From positions 1 to 51,961 of IMG/VR virus record IMGVR_UViG_3300002035_000003: a DNA stretch of 51,961 bases, one strand, 5' to 3'. The position numbers were made by a program, and so were the translations under genes. Shown here in pieces: positions 33,111 through 43,135 of the stretch. This stretch comes from a virus. Below the pieces are notes generated by a model. The model saw only the letters and a list, made by a program, of their open reading frames with translations, was not told the origin of the DNA and ran no database searches. Numbering within the stretch: the first letter of the stretch is position 1; every line of letters begins with the position of its first letter.

Positions 33111-36100
33111 TAGAGTATTTGGTATTGAAGTAAACGCTGATGGTGGCGTTTCCAGTACCGATAAATTTACTAGTTCCGTAAAGAGTGCTGATAAGGCAAC
33201 TGGCGGATTAGCTTCTAAGTTAGGAATACTAGATAAATCTCTAACTCCTGTTGCTGCGGCCATTGGTGCAGTGACAGGAGCGGTTGTACTTGGAGTAAAG
33301 CGGTATACGGAATATGAAAAGGCTCTGGCAGAAGTTAATACACTTCTTTCCAGAACACAGAGTATTAAGGATTATTCTGATTCTATACGACAATTAGCTG
33401 TTGAGTTTGGTTCAGATGCACCAGCTCAAGCTGCAGCTACCTATCAAATAGTTTCTGCGGGCGCGCGTGACGCAGCAGAAGCAACAGACATATTAAGTGC
33501 TGCCAATAAATTAGCTATTGGTGGTGTAACAGATATTACAACTGCGGCAGATGGTTTAACTACCATACTCAATGCTTATCAGCTAGAAGCTAGTAGTGCT
33601 GGTGCAGTTAGTGACATCTTATTCAGCACCATGCGGTCTGGTAAAACTACCGTTGGTGAATTATCTGCGTCACTTGGGTTAATAGTACCAACCGCATCCC
33701 AGTTGGGTGTGACACTTCCAGAAGTAACCGCAGCTATTGCTACGCTAACCACAAACGGTGTAGCTACTGCTCAAGCAGTCACCCAAGTCAATGCCGCATT
33801 AACCAGTGTTTTAAAACCGAGTAAAGAAGCCCAGGAACTGGCAGCAAAACTAGGACTTGAGTTTAATGTTGCTGCATTACAGTCTAAAGGGTTGGCTGAA
33901 TTTTTAACTGATGTAGCAGAAGCTACTGGTGGCAGTGAAGAAGAACTAGCCAAGTTATTTGGTAGTGTCGAAGCGGTTAGAGCGGTATTACCACTTGCTG
34001 GAGCATCTGCTCAGAAATTTGCTGAGATATTAGAGAGCAATGAAAATGCAGCTGGTGCAACTACCCAGGCCTATGCAATTATGGCTGAGACAACATCTCA
34101 GAACTTTGCTAGGTTACGTTCTTCTGTTAATGAATTAGCTCTTAGTATTGGTGAAGACTTAGTTCCTGTAGTTAATTTCGGTATTGATGCCTTAGAGCTA
34201 ATAGTCCAAGCGGCTCAAATGAGTTACGACGGCTTATCGTTACTGGCAGATATTGTTGGTACTGCGTTAGTTGATTCTTTCAACGCCTGGAATGATCTTA
34301 TTTTTGGTGGTGCTATAGAATTACTGAATAGCCAGGTCAGTGATACTGTTGATATTTTTGATGTACTGGGTGGAGTATTTAGTGATACTCAATTAGTGGG
34401 CATTGCTCTTGTTAGGGGCTTGCTGCTTGGTTGGGAAGAATTAGAATTTGGTACTAAAGTAATATTAGCCAGTATCTCCGGGGGTTTTGATAAAGCCTTT
34501 GGTGAAATTGGTGATGAGGCACAAGAATTCATATCTGCTATTGCTGATGCAATGGACGAATTACCTGAGGTCTTTGGAATCAGTGGTGATTCGTTACGAG
34601 GCTTTGCTAAGGAAATAAGAACATCTACCGACGCAGCAGATGACTTCGATAAGAAGATGGGGGAGCTTCGAAAAGAACATGAGGCATCCCGTAAGGAAAT
34701 AATTGACATCACCGACGAAATGGCTGATGAGGCTATTGCTGCTAAGTTGGTTGGTGAAGAGACTTCAAAGTTAACTAGAAAAGTTACTGAGAATACTCGT
34801 ACCACAGAGACTAACACTCAGTCAAGAATTAAATCAACAGACGAAAATAAGAAGAATAAAGAGACTGTTGAATCATTAACTAGAAAGTACGCTGAAAACA
34901 AAATCAGTGTTGAAAAGCTAGAACGTGAGTTAGAAAAACTAGAAATAACCCAGGCCGAAGTTGAACAAGCCATGGAAAATTCTGGGGCTGCTACCGATCG
35001 CTCTCGTACTGCGTATGATAATTTAACCACCAGGTTACAGGAACAATTAAATGTTCAAAGGATAGCTATAACCCAAGGTGAAGATGCTGCTAGAGCTTAT
35101 GAGTTGATTGCAGCAGCTGCTGACGATGCTGAACAAAGCATAGAAGAGTTTATAGCTACCAACCCCGAAGCTACTCGTACTATTACTGAGTTCATCAAGA
35201 CTGAGGAAGGCCTCAACCGGTACAACGAGGCACTTGGTGAAATTGGCCAATCATTAGGTGATTTAATCGTTGATGGTGGAAGCATAGAAGATTACTTTAA
35301 GGATTTGTGGAAACGCATGGTCCGTGACTTTCTGGCTTCTGGATTGACGAAACTAATTGGTTCTTTATTTAGTGGTAATGGTTTAGACTTCAGCGGTTTT
35401 ACTGGTTCTGGTGGTGGCGGAATAATCGGTCAAGGTATCGACTTAATCCTGGGTAATGGCGGTTCTAGCTCCGGTGGCGGCTTAGGCGGAGGCAACGGTG
35501 GTAATGGTACCGGTGGAACCGGTGGAATAATTGATAATATTGGTAATTCCTTTGGGTTATCTACGCAACAAACCCAAGCCGTAGTAGATGGTGCTGGTTC
35601 ATTACTCTCTTTGTATGGTGGTTATCAGCAGCTTACTAATGGTAACGAATTCGGTGGCGCTATTCAAATTGCTAGTGGTGGAGTTGGGGCATATAATGCC
35701 TATCAGAGATTCACTGGTGGAAATGAACTCGGTGGTAATATAGGAGCCGGAATTGGACTTGCTGGTAATGCGTTAGGTATCTACAATGGTATCCGTCAGG
35801 GAGGAATAACCGGCTATGGTTCTGCTGCTTATAATGCCTACCAAGGTTATCAAACGTTATCTGGATTAGGTGTTTTTGGTTCGGCAGCTGGTACTGGAGT
35901 AAATGCTGCCGGTATTGCTGCGTTAAATGCTCAACCGGTATTATCTGCTGTTCCATTAACTGCTAGTGGTTCTGCAGCTGGAGCGGGTGCTGGTGTGGCT
36001 TCTAGCGCTGGTGGTGCAGGTGGTCAAGGTCTTAGTGCCTTGGGAACTGCTGGTGCTGCACTTGGTGTCGCGGGCGGTTTATACGGTGTTTATAGTGGTA

Positions 36101-37629
36101 TCCAACAAGGTGGTGCACGTGGTGCATCAACCGCAGCCGGTGGTGCATTAGCTGCATACGGTGGAGCTGCTGCACTTTCAAACGGAGCATTAGCCGCACT
36201 CGGTCCTTACGGTTGGGCAGCAGCAGCTGTATTAACCCTGTTAGGTAGTGGTGGTGCACGTGATTATGATCAAATATTACAGGAAGACTATTTACCAGAC
36301 CTACTAGGTTCTAACCCAGGTTCTGCAATCGGGCTAGATGGGGCTTTGGGATTTGATGGTGGTAACACTGGTATATTTGGTGCTAACTACGGAATTCAAG
36401 GTAGTGGACTCACAGAACAATTTGGTGCTAATGGTGGAGAAAACGGTAACTATGCCTTTTTTACCGGTGCACAAAGAGCCTTAGATGGTTTTGAAGATTA
36501 TTTAAATGCTAATGGCGTTAGTGAAACCAGGAATGAAGCCGGTACGTTATCTGCTACGTCAGATACGGTAACTGTTGAAAGAATAAGAGAATTGTGGGCT
36601 GAATATGCAGAAGGCTTAGATACTGCAGTTGCTGCTAATGAAGTTTTTCAAACAGCCGTTGAGAATGGATTAATTAGTATGGATGGCCATACTAAGTTGT
36701 TCTTGGAAAATTTTGCTGTAGGCTTTGGTGAATCGGCTTTTGAGGCTAGAGACTCATTACGGTTGATAGATGAACGTTTTGATGAAATGGTTGCTGGTGG
36801 CATGGAAGGTACAGATGCCTTATTTGCTGCTATTAGTGAGCGCTATGGTATTGCTGTAGAAGATGCACAATTTTTTGTTGAGCAATCCGGCGTGTCGGCT
36901 GATCAATGGGTTGAACATTTTACTAATGCTAGCGGTGAAGCAATTGACGCCTTGCTAGAGTTTGATGAAAACGGTGTAACTGTTTTTGAAAGTGTTGGTA
37001 CAAATAGCGCCAGCGCTGCAAATAATTTATCTAACAGTTTTGGTGTAGCTGCTAATAGTGTTGAAGGTTATTTTGAACAATTTACTAATGCTGCCAATGA
37101 TTCTATTTTTAAAGTTGAAGACAATGCTCTTAATATTTCTGATTCTATTGGTACTTCTTGGCAGTCTGTAGCTGGACAGATAACCCAGGCTTTTGGTGAA
37201 AGCGCTAATGATCTAATAGGCATATATGAAGGAATTGACCTTGGAACGCCTAGAGCTGTACAAGTACCTTCTGTTCAAATAGCAGCCACGAGTAATAGTA
37301 ATGGTGGAACAGTTAATGGCGCTGATATTCCATTCATTGGTAATTTTAATTCAGCATTAACCGGTTCTGAAACTATACCAATTGGCGGCTCTAATTTTGG
37401 TACTAATAAAGATATATTGCATATGATTGGTGTTAATCAGCAAGAAGATATTACAGTTAGTAGAAAAGGGTTGTTAGAAAATATAGCTTCAGATATTAAA
37501 ACATTATCTCTAGGCAATAATGCAAGTCAAAATCAATTAGTTAATAAGATTGATGAATTAATTGACATATTAGGTCAAGCATCAAATTCATCAATACAAG
37601 ACAGGATGAGAACTAATGTCAATAGATAA
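33100..37629 (+). CDS. tape measure protein (1509 aa)
   Basis: Size, position, Ala/Gly-rich helical N-terminal part and hydrophobic Gly-rich centre. Confidence 0.85.
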   Translation: MQFSRVFGIEVNADGGVSSTDKFTSSVKSADKATGGLASKLGILDKSLTPVAAAIGAVTGAVVLGVKRYTEYEKALAEVNTLLSRTQSIKDYSDSIRQLAVEFGSDAPAQAAATYQIVSAGARDAAEATDILSAANKLAIGGVTDITTAADGLTTILNAYQLEASSAGAVSDILFSTMRSGKTTVGELSASLGLIVPTASQLGVTLPEVTAAIATLTTNGVATAQAVTQVNAALTSVLKPSKEAQELAAKLGLEFNVAALQSKGLAEFLTDVAEATGGSEEELAKLFGSVEAVRAVLPLAGASAQKFAEILESNENAAGATTQAYAIMAETTSQNFARLRSSVNELALSIGEDLVPVVNFGIDALELIVQAAQMSYDGLSLLADIVGTALVDSFNAWNDLIFGGAIELLNSQVSDTVDIFDVLGGVFSDTQLVGIALVRGLLLGWEELEFGTKVILASISGGFDKAFGEIGDEAQEFISAIADAMDELPEVFGISGDSLRGFAKEIRTSTDAADDFDKKMGELRKEHEASRKEIIDITDEMADEAIAAKLVGEETSKLTRKVTENTRTTETNTQSRIKSTDENKKNKETVESLTRKYAENKISVEKLERELEKLEITQAEVEQAMENSGAATDRSRTAYDNLTTRLQEQLNVQRIAITQGEDAARAYELIAAAADDAEQSIEEFIATNPEATRTITEFIKTEEGLNRYNEALGEIGQSLGDLIVDGGSIEDYFKDLWKRMVRDFLASGLTKLIGSLFSGNGLDFSGFTGSGGGGIIGQGIDLILGNGGSSSGGGLGGGNGGNGTGGTGGIIDNIGNSFGLSTQQTQAVVDGAGSLLSLYGGYQQLTNGNEFGGAIQIASGGVGAYNAYQRFTGGNELGGNIGAGIGLAGNALGIYNGIRQGGITGYGSAAYNAYQGYQTLSGLGVFGSAAGTGVNAAGIAALNAQPVLSAVPLTASGSAAGAGAGVASSAGGAGGQGLSALGTAGAALGVAGGLYGVYSGIQQGGARGASTAAGGALAAYGGAAALSNGALAALGPYGWAAAAVLTLLGSGGARDYDQILQEDYLPDLLGSNPGSAIGLDGALGFDGGNTGIFGANYGIQGSGLTEQFGANGGENGNYAFFTGAQRALDGFEDYLNANGVSETRNEAGTLSATSDTVTVERIRELWAEYAEGLDTAVAANEVFQTAVENGLISMDGHTKLFLENFAVGFGESAFEARDSLRLIDERFDEMVAGGMEGTDALFAAISERYGIAVEDAQFFVEQSGVSADQWVEHFTNASGEAIDALLEFDENGVTVFESVGTNSASAANNLSNSFGVAANSVEGYFEQFTNAANDSIFKVEDNALNISDSIGTSWQSVAGQITQAFGESANDLIGIYEGIDLGTPRAVQVPSVQIAATSNSNGGTVNGADIPFIGNFNSALTGSETIPIGGSNFGTNKDILHMIGVNQQEDITVSRKGLLENIASDIKTLSLGNNASQNQLVNKIDELIDILGQASNSSIQDRMRTNVNR

Positions 37630-40540
37630 TACATTATCAAGATTATCTTCTGTTACAGTAGTTGCAGAAACTATTTTAAATAATACCAAAACAACGCCTT
37701 GGCAGTTTGAAGATGCTAATGCGGGTGGATGTGTTTCTAATTGCGGTAATTTATCTAACGTAATTATTGATGATAATTCTGTTCAACAAATGTCAAATTC
37801 TCAACCATTAAATGGTCAAGGGGTTGAGTCTTTAGTTGAGGGATTTGTTGTTAGAACAGAACTTCCTGACCCTTATTCTAATCAACCTGCTACTACTTCT
37901 TTTTCTTATTTATCCATTGACCCATATGGGGATGATTACTTAAATAGGATTTTTGATTCAAGACCTATAGAAATAAAAATAGGGGGTGTATTGGATGCAG
38001 GATTATCTACTGAAAATGAATTATCTTACATAAATTATCCAACGTGGATAAAAGGGATCACTGGTAAATTTGAATATGATAGTCAGTTGGCTAGAGTATC
38101 TGTTTTACCAAGTTCAGATGAGTTACAAACCGTATACCCTCAAAATTCGTATATTTCTGGAGACTCAGAGGGTTTAGTCAAACCTCAAATATTTGGTAAA
38201 GTATTCAACTACTCACCTCGACCTGAGGGAGGTGGAATATTTCAATTCCACGATGGCTCTTGTGAAATGTCTGCTGATATAATAGACCAGGCGTCTTTCT
38301 CCTGTTTGATAGGTGACTTTTATTACCAAGGAATAGCTATTAGTACATCTGGAGTAGGCGGAGGAACTGTAGTAAGTGAATTAGACTATACTTGGACTAT
38401 ACCTGATCCAGAAATAGCACAGGCTGAATCTAGTGATAATACTGTATCTGTTTCTGAGGGATTTAACTTATCTACTAATGGTAATTTAATAACCATTAGT
38501 CCTGATGCAGAAATTTTGCAAACAAAAACATTTTTCCAGCATCAATTTTTATGGGAACAAGAAGGTACAAAAATACTAAGAGTTAATACTGATCCTAAAT
38601 TAAAAATAACTCTGTCTGGCGATGTTGACGTTACTATAACGAATAGACATCCTTCAATTGCAGAGCAATATAGGGCTTCCTGGTTTAAAATAGATGCCAA
38701 TGGAACGGGTAATTTACTTTTTGAATTTGAAGATACTTTAAAAGATGTGGATATGGTCATACGTGCTGTAAGATCACCTTTTCAAGATATAACAAATTTT
38801 TCTGATACACCAAGTAGCATAGATCCTGCAATACCTAGCACTAGTGGTGTACAAAACCACAGGGTAAAATTTAGAAATTTAAATAAAAATAATTTTTCTT
38901 TTGACTATACTTCAACGACAGATGTTTTAATAGTTGCTATATGGTTTGAAAAAGTTGTTGTATATGAATCTGCTATTTGCTCTGTACAATTAAATTTATC
39001 TCCGAGAGTAAATAACCTTGATCTTGGTTTATCTTTTTCTAATACTACTCAGTCACTTGAATATGGAGGTACAGTATTACCTTCTAGCACCACAGAAAAT
39101 ATTTTTACAGGACTACAGTCTCAATTAAATTTTAATGTTAATGTAGGATATGGAAATTTTTCATTTTTTATTAAAGGCGGAGACAGAGAAGGAAATGCTA
39201 GAGGCGTAACTGTCGATAATGGGGTATATACTTTAAATCCAGCTTCAGATGGAAACATTTTGGATCAAGTTGGTATAACCCTAGATGCAAAACCTTTTAT
39301 TGATCCTACCGGTGGAATAGGTAATGGTGTAGAACAGCAATTTGAATTTTCTTTCAAAGCCAGAATAAAATCTGGACAAATTGATAGCTTATTGATGGGT
39401 TGTGATTTTGCTGAAAGTTCAGAGGGGGGATTAAAACTACTTACTGTTGATTCTTTCGATTTCAAAGAATTTAGATTTACTGGCACAATAGAAAGCGTAA
39501 TAGGGTTGCCGACATCACCAGCTTTTCAATTGTTTACTTGGAGGGGAGATATTAATTTTTTTGGTTGGCCTATTGGTTCAGCGGTTAATGATAATGTTGA
39601 GTTTCAAATAGAAGTGACAGATGTTTGTATCATTCCTACTTTTCAAAAGCCGGCAACGTTACCCTTCAATATAGAAAGAATTGGTATAGGCGAAGATATT
39701 CGCGCTTATGTTATAGAACAAAACGCCCGGCGAAGATTAAAAACCTTCAGAGTACAAGACGCTAGAAAATTTAAAAATAGGTTACCCAGGGATATATGCT
39801 TGTATGATTCCAGAGGTAGGTTAGCTGTATCAAATGAATACGACAGAGTTTTTGGCGATTTTGTTGGCGAAAGTATAAATCAGAATTCAATTCAAGCAAT
39901 AAGAAAAATATCGACTAACGCAACTGGAATAGATTATATAACAACTAGTGTTACCGGTAGTAGGGTTGGTTTTGTTATAGATCAACCCTTACCTTTTATA
40001 CAACATATATCTAGATTGTTGTCTTCAATGGATTTATACTATACAGAAAATTTAGCCACCGATGGAATTGAAATATTTGAGCGATATAAGTATACTGATC
40101 CGGCAGACGATTTTTATTTAGAACAAGATATTATAATTCTTGATTCTGTTAGAAGGCTACAAACTGATGTTAGAGAAAATAGATATATTATTGAATACAG
40201 AAGAGATTATAATGATGATTCTAAAACTAAAAGAATTTATAGCAGGTCAGGTTTCTCTAGCGAACTTGATCCTAAAGTTATAAGTACTCCATTTTTTAAC
40301 CAGTCATCTGCTCAAGTAATAGCTGATACAATAATAAGAGATTCTGTATATAACAGTATTTATGAACTAAGAATAGTTGGTATAGGTCATGGTATTAAAG
40401 TAGGTCAAGCAGGTAAAATTAACCATCCACTGGTGCCTAGAAATAAACCTTGTATTATTCAGGCTGTAGGTGAAGATACAAATTTACTTGAAACACAGAT
40501 AACACTGAAAGTATTACAAGGAGATTCCATATATGTTTAA
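37616..40540 (+). CDS. tail tip / baseplate structural protein (974 aa)
   Basis: First gene after the tape measure. No motif recognised. Confidence 0.5.
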   Translation: MSIDNTLSRLSSVTVVAETILNNTKTTPWQFEDANAGGCVSNCGNLSNVIIDDNSVQQMSNSQPLNGQGVESLVEGFVVRTELPDPYSNQPATTSFSYLSIDPYGDDYLNRIFDSRPIEIKIGGVLDAGLSTENELSYINYPTWIKGITGKFEYDSQLARVSVLPSSDELQTVYPQNSYISGDSEGLVKPQIFGKVFNYSPRPEGGGIFQFHDGSCEMSADIIDQASFSCLIGDFYYQGIAISTSGVGGGTVVSELDYTWTIPDPEIAQAESSDNTVSVSEGFNLSTNGNLITISPDAEILQTKTFFQHQFLWEQEGTKILRVNTDPKLKITLSGDVDVTITNRHPSIAEQYRASWFKIDANGTGNLLFEFEDTLKDVDMVIRAVRSPFQDITNFSDTPSSIDPAIPSTSGVQNHRVKFRNLNKNNFSFDYTSTTDVLIVAIWFEKVVVYESAICSVQLNLSPRVNNLDLGLSFSNTTQSLEYGGTVLPSSTTENIFTGLQSQLNFNVNVGYGNFSFFIKGGDREGNARGVTVDNGVYTLNPASDGNILDQVGITLDAKPFIDPTGGIGNGVEQQFEFSFKARIKSGQIDSLLMGCDFAESSEGGLKLLTVDSFDFKEFRFTGTIESVIGLPTSPAFQLFTWRGDINFFGWPIGSAVNDNVEFQIEVTDVCIIPTFQKPATLPFNIERIGIGEDIRAYVIEQNARRRLKTFRVQDARKFKNRLPRDICLYDSRGRLAVSNEYDRVFGDFVGESINQNSIQAIRKISTNATGIDYITTSVTGSRVGFVIDQPLPFIQHISRLLSSMDLYYTENLATDGIEIFERYKYTDPADDFYLEQDIIILDSVRRLQTDVRENRYIIEYRRDYNDDSKTKRIYSRSGFSSELDPKVISTPFFNQSSAQVIADTIIRDSVYNSIYELRIVGIGHGIKVGQAGKINHPLVPRNKPCIIQAVGEDTNLLETQITLKVLQGDSIYV

Positions 40541-41303
40541 TAGAGTTAAATTGTATAGTCCATTTACAAAAGGGACTTCTAGGTCACGGTACTTATTACC
40601 TAATACAAGTTTCTCTAGTTATGAATTGATGACGGGAGGTATTAATAATAAATATAAGGGGTATACATCAGAAGATACTACTCAACTGCAAATTGAAATT
40701 CAGTTTGCAGAACCAACAATTATATCTATGATTCATCTATCAGAATTAAATTTTACAGAGGGATTGATATTTAATCTTACAGCTGAATTATCAAGTTCAA
40801 ATGTTGCACTAAGTTACTCACAACCTGCTGCAGAAACTAGACCAAAATTGAGAAGGAATTATTCTATACCTGTAGAGGAAGTTACAATAGATACGTTGAT
40901 TATTGATATTACTGGTTTTAATGGCAAATTAGATATTAGGCAATTAGTAGTAACTGGTGAAACTTGGGAATCTGAAAAAAATTATCAATGGGGAGCGCAA
41001 CTTGGTTTATTTAATTCAAATGTAAAAACATCTTCTAATAGCAGTAGCTATAGCAGGAAAAACAAAGGCAATAAAATCCATTCGTTAAGTTTTCAAACTT
41101 TAACTGAAAATAATTATTTAGATTTGGAGCAATTTTTATTTAATAAAGATGGTGGTTTTTGTTTATTTACAATACTCGATAATGAGCAAAACCAGTATTT
41201 ATCATTTTTTTCTAATATAGATGTACAGACCGTTGGGCTACAATCACATAATATAAATTCTTTAGCTCTATCGATTGAGGAGGTATTTTCAAATGGCGGC
41301 TAG
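40533..41303 (+). CDS. tail structural protein
   Basis: Position; coupled by overlap. Confidence 0.4.
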   Translation: MFNRVKLYSPFTKGTSRSRYLLPNTSFSSYELMTGGINNKYKGYTSEDTTQLQIEIQFAEPTIISMIHLSELNFTEGLIFNLTAELSSSNVALSYSQPAAETRPKLRRNYSIPVEEVTIDTLIIDITGFNGKLDIRQLVVTGETWESEKNYQWGAQLGLFNSNVKTSSNSSSYSRKNKGNKIHSLSFQTLTENNYLDLEQFLFNKDGGFCLFTILDNEQNQYLSFFSNIDVQTVGLQSHNINSLALSIEEVFSNGG

Positions 41304-42135
41304 AATATTGACTAATTATATGAGTCTTGGCCACCAAGACTCACCTGGCGTTTTTGTAGATGGTGGAGGATCAGTGTCGTTGGTTCCTGGTGCTGCTAGT
41401 ATGGCTGATTCTGCTTTGTTATCAAACAATGGCGTTAATCCTAATGGGGAAGATTTTGAAATAAAAGTTATTTACAATGACCAACTAAATCCTTCTTTGC
41501 AGCCTGTGTGGGAGGTTATGGTTGCTTCATATGAAATTGATAATGGCGTTTATAAATGGAATAGAGAAAGAACTATTGATAGTAGTAATGGCGGAGCCGC
41601 CGTCAGCTTTAATGCGGGTACTAATAATCTTAAAATTTTTGGGGTTACTAGTCATGAGCAGTTTAACGCGGTAAAAGAACGGTTAGAAGATAGCAGGATT
41701 AAAGTTCGGCCTAGTCACTTTGACGGTACAGATGTATTTACAACTTCAATAACGCCTGTTGAAGTTTATCAACATACAGTAACACCAGAACTTGGTAGTA
41801 ATTCAAGACTTAGAGTAAATGCAAATATAGATACCAGGATGCGCCGCCTTAACTCAGCATTAAATACCAGGGGTCGAACGTTTTTTCAATATTACAGTAA
41901 TACTGGCGTCTGGTCAAATTGGGGTATTAGTCGATTTGTTGGCAAAGATGGTAATAATTCTACTCCTAGCTCATCTACTACCTACCAATATACAACAAAT
42001 CTTATAGACTTTCCTCCGTCTGTAAGAAATGCTAATGGTGATTGGCAATTTAGAATTGTTGCTGAGGTTGACTTTGCAGACAACGAGCTACAGATTTTTT
42101 CTGGGGACTTCCACATAGACGAGATTATCCGATGA
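41293..42135 (+). CDS. tail structural protein
   Basis: ATG 41293 lies after GGAGG; preferred over the track's TTG at 41275. Confidence 0.4.
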   Translation: MAARILTNYMSLGHQDSPGVFVDGGGSVSLVPGAASMADSALLSNNGVNPNGEDFEIKVIYNDQLNPSLQPVWEVMVASYEIDNGVYKWNRERTIDSSNGGAAVSFNAGTNNLKIFGVTSHEQFNAVKERLEDSRIKVRPSHFDGTDVFTTSITPVEVYQHTVTPELGSNSRLRVNANIDTRMRRLNSALNTRGRTFFQYYSNTGVWSNWGISRFVGKDGNNSTPSSSTTYQYTTNLIDFPPSVRNANGDWQFRIVAEVDFADNELQIFSGDFHIDEIIR

Positions 42136-42326
42136 ATAATATTGACATAGTAAAAATAAAAATTTCACAATATTCAGATAATAAAACAATTTTTTTGCTT
42201 GATAACAAAAAAGTTACAAAGGATAAATTTATGGCTGGTTTAAAAAATCTAGATTCAAACAAACTGAATTATACGTACAAGATGTGTGAAAATTCATTAA
42301 CGATGCGCCAGATAACTTTACTATAG
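42132..42326 (+). CDS. small AT-rich hypothetical protein (moron-like)
   Basis: 64-aa ORF that looks markedly AT-rich, inside the tail module. Confidence 0.35.
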   Translation: MNNIDIVKIKISQYSDNKTIFLLDNKKVTKDKFMAGLKNLDSNKLNYTYKMCENSLTMRQITLL

Positions 42327-42374
42327 ATAACTTTATCAAGTAAAAATAGATGGATTATATCTCAGGTACTAATT

Positions 42375-42752
42375 ATGAGCTTAATTGACAATTTTTTAGA
42401 TGGCTACACACCAGGTGAATGGGATGCCAACCCTATAAACCCAGGTAGTGTTTATAATTTATCCATTTCAGATATTGGTGACCATACAGGATTAACTTGG
42501 GTTTGTAATGGTCGTCAAAATTTTTCATCGACCGATAAGCTATTCGATTTCGTTGTAACGCCAGCCGTCGATACTGAAGACCCAATGAAGAATAATTTGT
42601 ACCTGACTGCTTCTACTGCAGAAACTAGTTTACTTAAAGGTTTAGGTTTACCGTCTGTGTTTGTAGCGTTAGATGTTAGTGATGGTACTAATCAGTATAC
42701 TTTTTACCACGGTTATATTGCTATCGGTAGAGGTGGAGCAATTCATGCCTAG
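42375..42752 (+). CDS. hypothetical structural protein
   Basis: Position only. Confidence 0.4.
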   Translation: MSLIDNFLDGYTPGEWDANPINPGSVYNLSISDIGDHTGLTWVCNGRQNFSSTDKLFDFVVTPAVDTEDPMKNNLYLTASTAETSLLKGLGLPSVFVALDVSDGTNQYTFYHGYIAIGRGGAIHA

Positions 42753-43053
42753 TCGTGAACAAAATACTCCGTTTAAAATAGGCGGCGGTGAAAATTATAA
42801 AGTTACTAACCCAGTTCAGTCTGGTACGGGTAATGACAAACCCACCCTTGTTAGTTCTTTACCACCTTTTCAGGCTGTTAATCAAACTGATTTAGAACGT
42901 CGATATGATAGAACCGACTATGATGCCGATTACCTCTACTTTGGTAAAGAACTAAACGTTGGGGGCTATAGAATACGCCGTGTAGATAGACAACAAGAAC
43001 AAACTTATGCTACTGGGGATTGGGAAGATAGAGAAACGTTGACGTATTCTTAG
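42745..43053 (+). CDS. hypothetical structural protein
   Basis: ATG 42745 lies after ggtgga and overlaps the upstream stop by 8 nt. Preferred over the track's start at 42673. Confidence 0.4.
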   Translation: MPSREQNTPFKIGGGENYKVTNPVQSGTGNDKPTLVSSLPPFQAVNQTDLERRYDRTDYDADYLYFGKELNVGGYRIRRVDRQQEQTYATGDWEDRETLTYS

Positions 43054-43135
43054 TCTTATGACTTTCATAAATTTCTATTCTCATAGTATAATCTGAAAAG
43101 AAGGTGACAAACTTAACATTTAAAGGTAACTTGTC

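Noticed and set aside
35711-36259. Alternative-frame ORFs within the glycine-rich TMP core (35711-35956, 35966-36151, 36032-36259)
   Set aside because: They are artefacts of GGT/GCT codon repeats, which leave all frames open.
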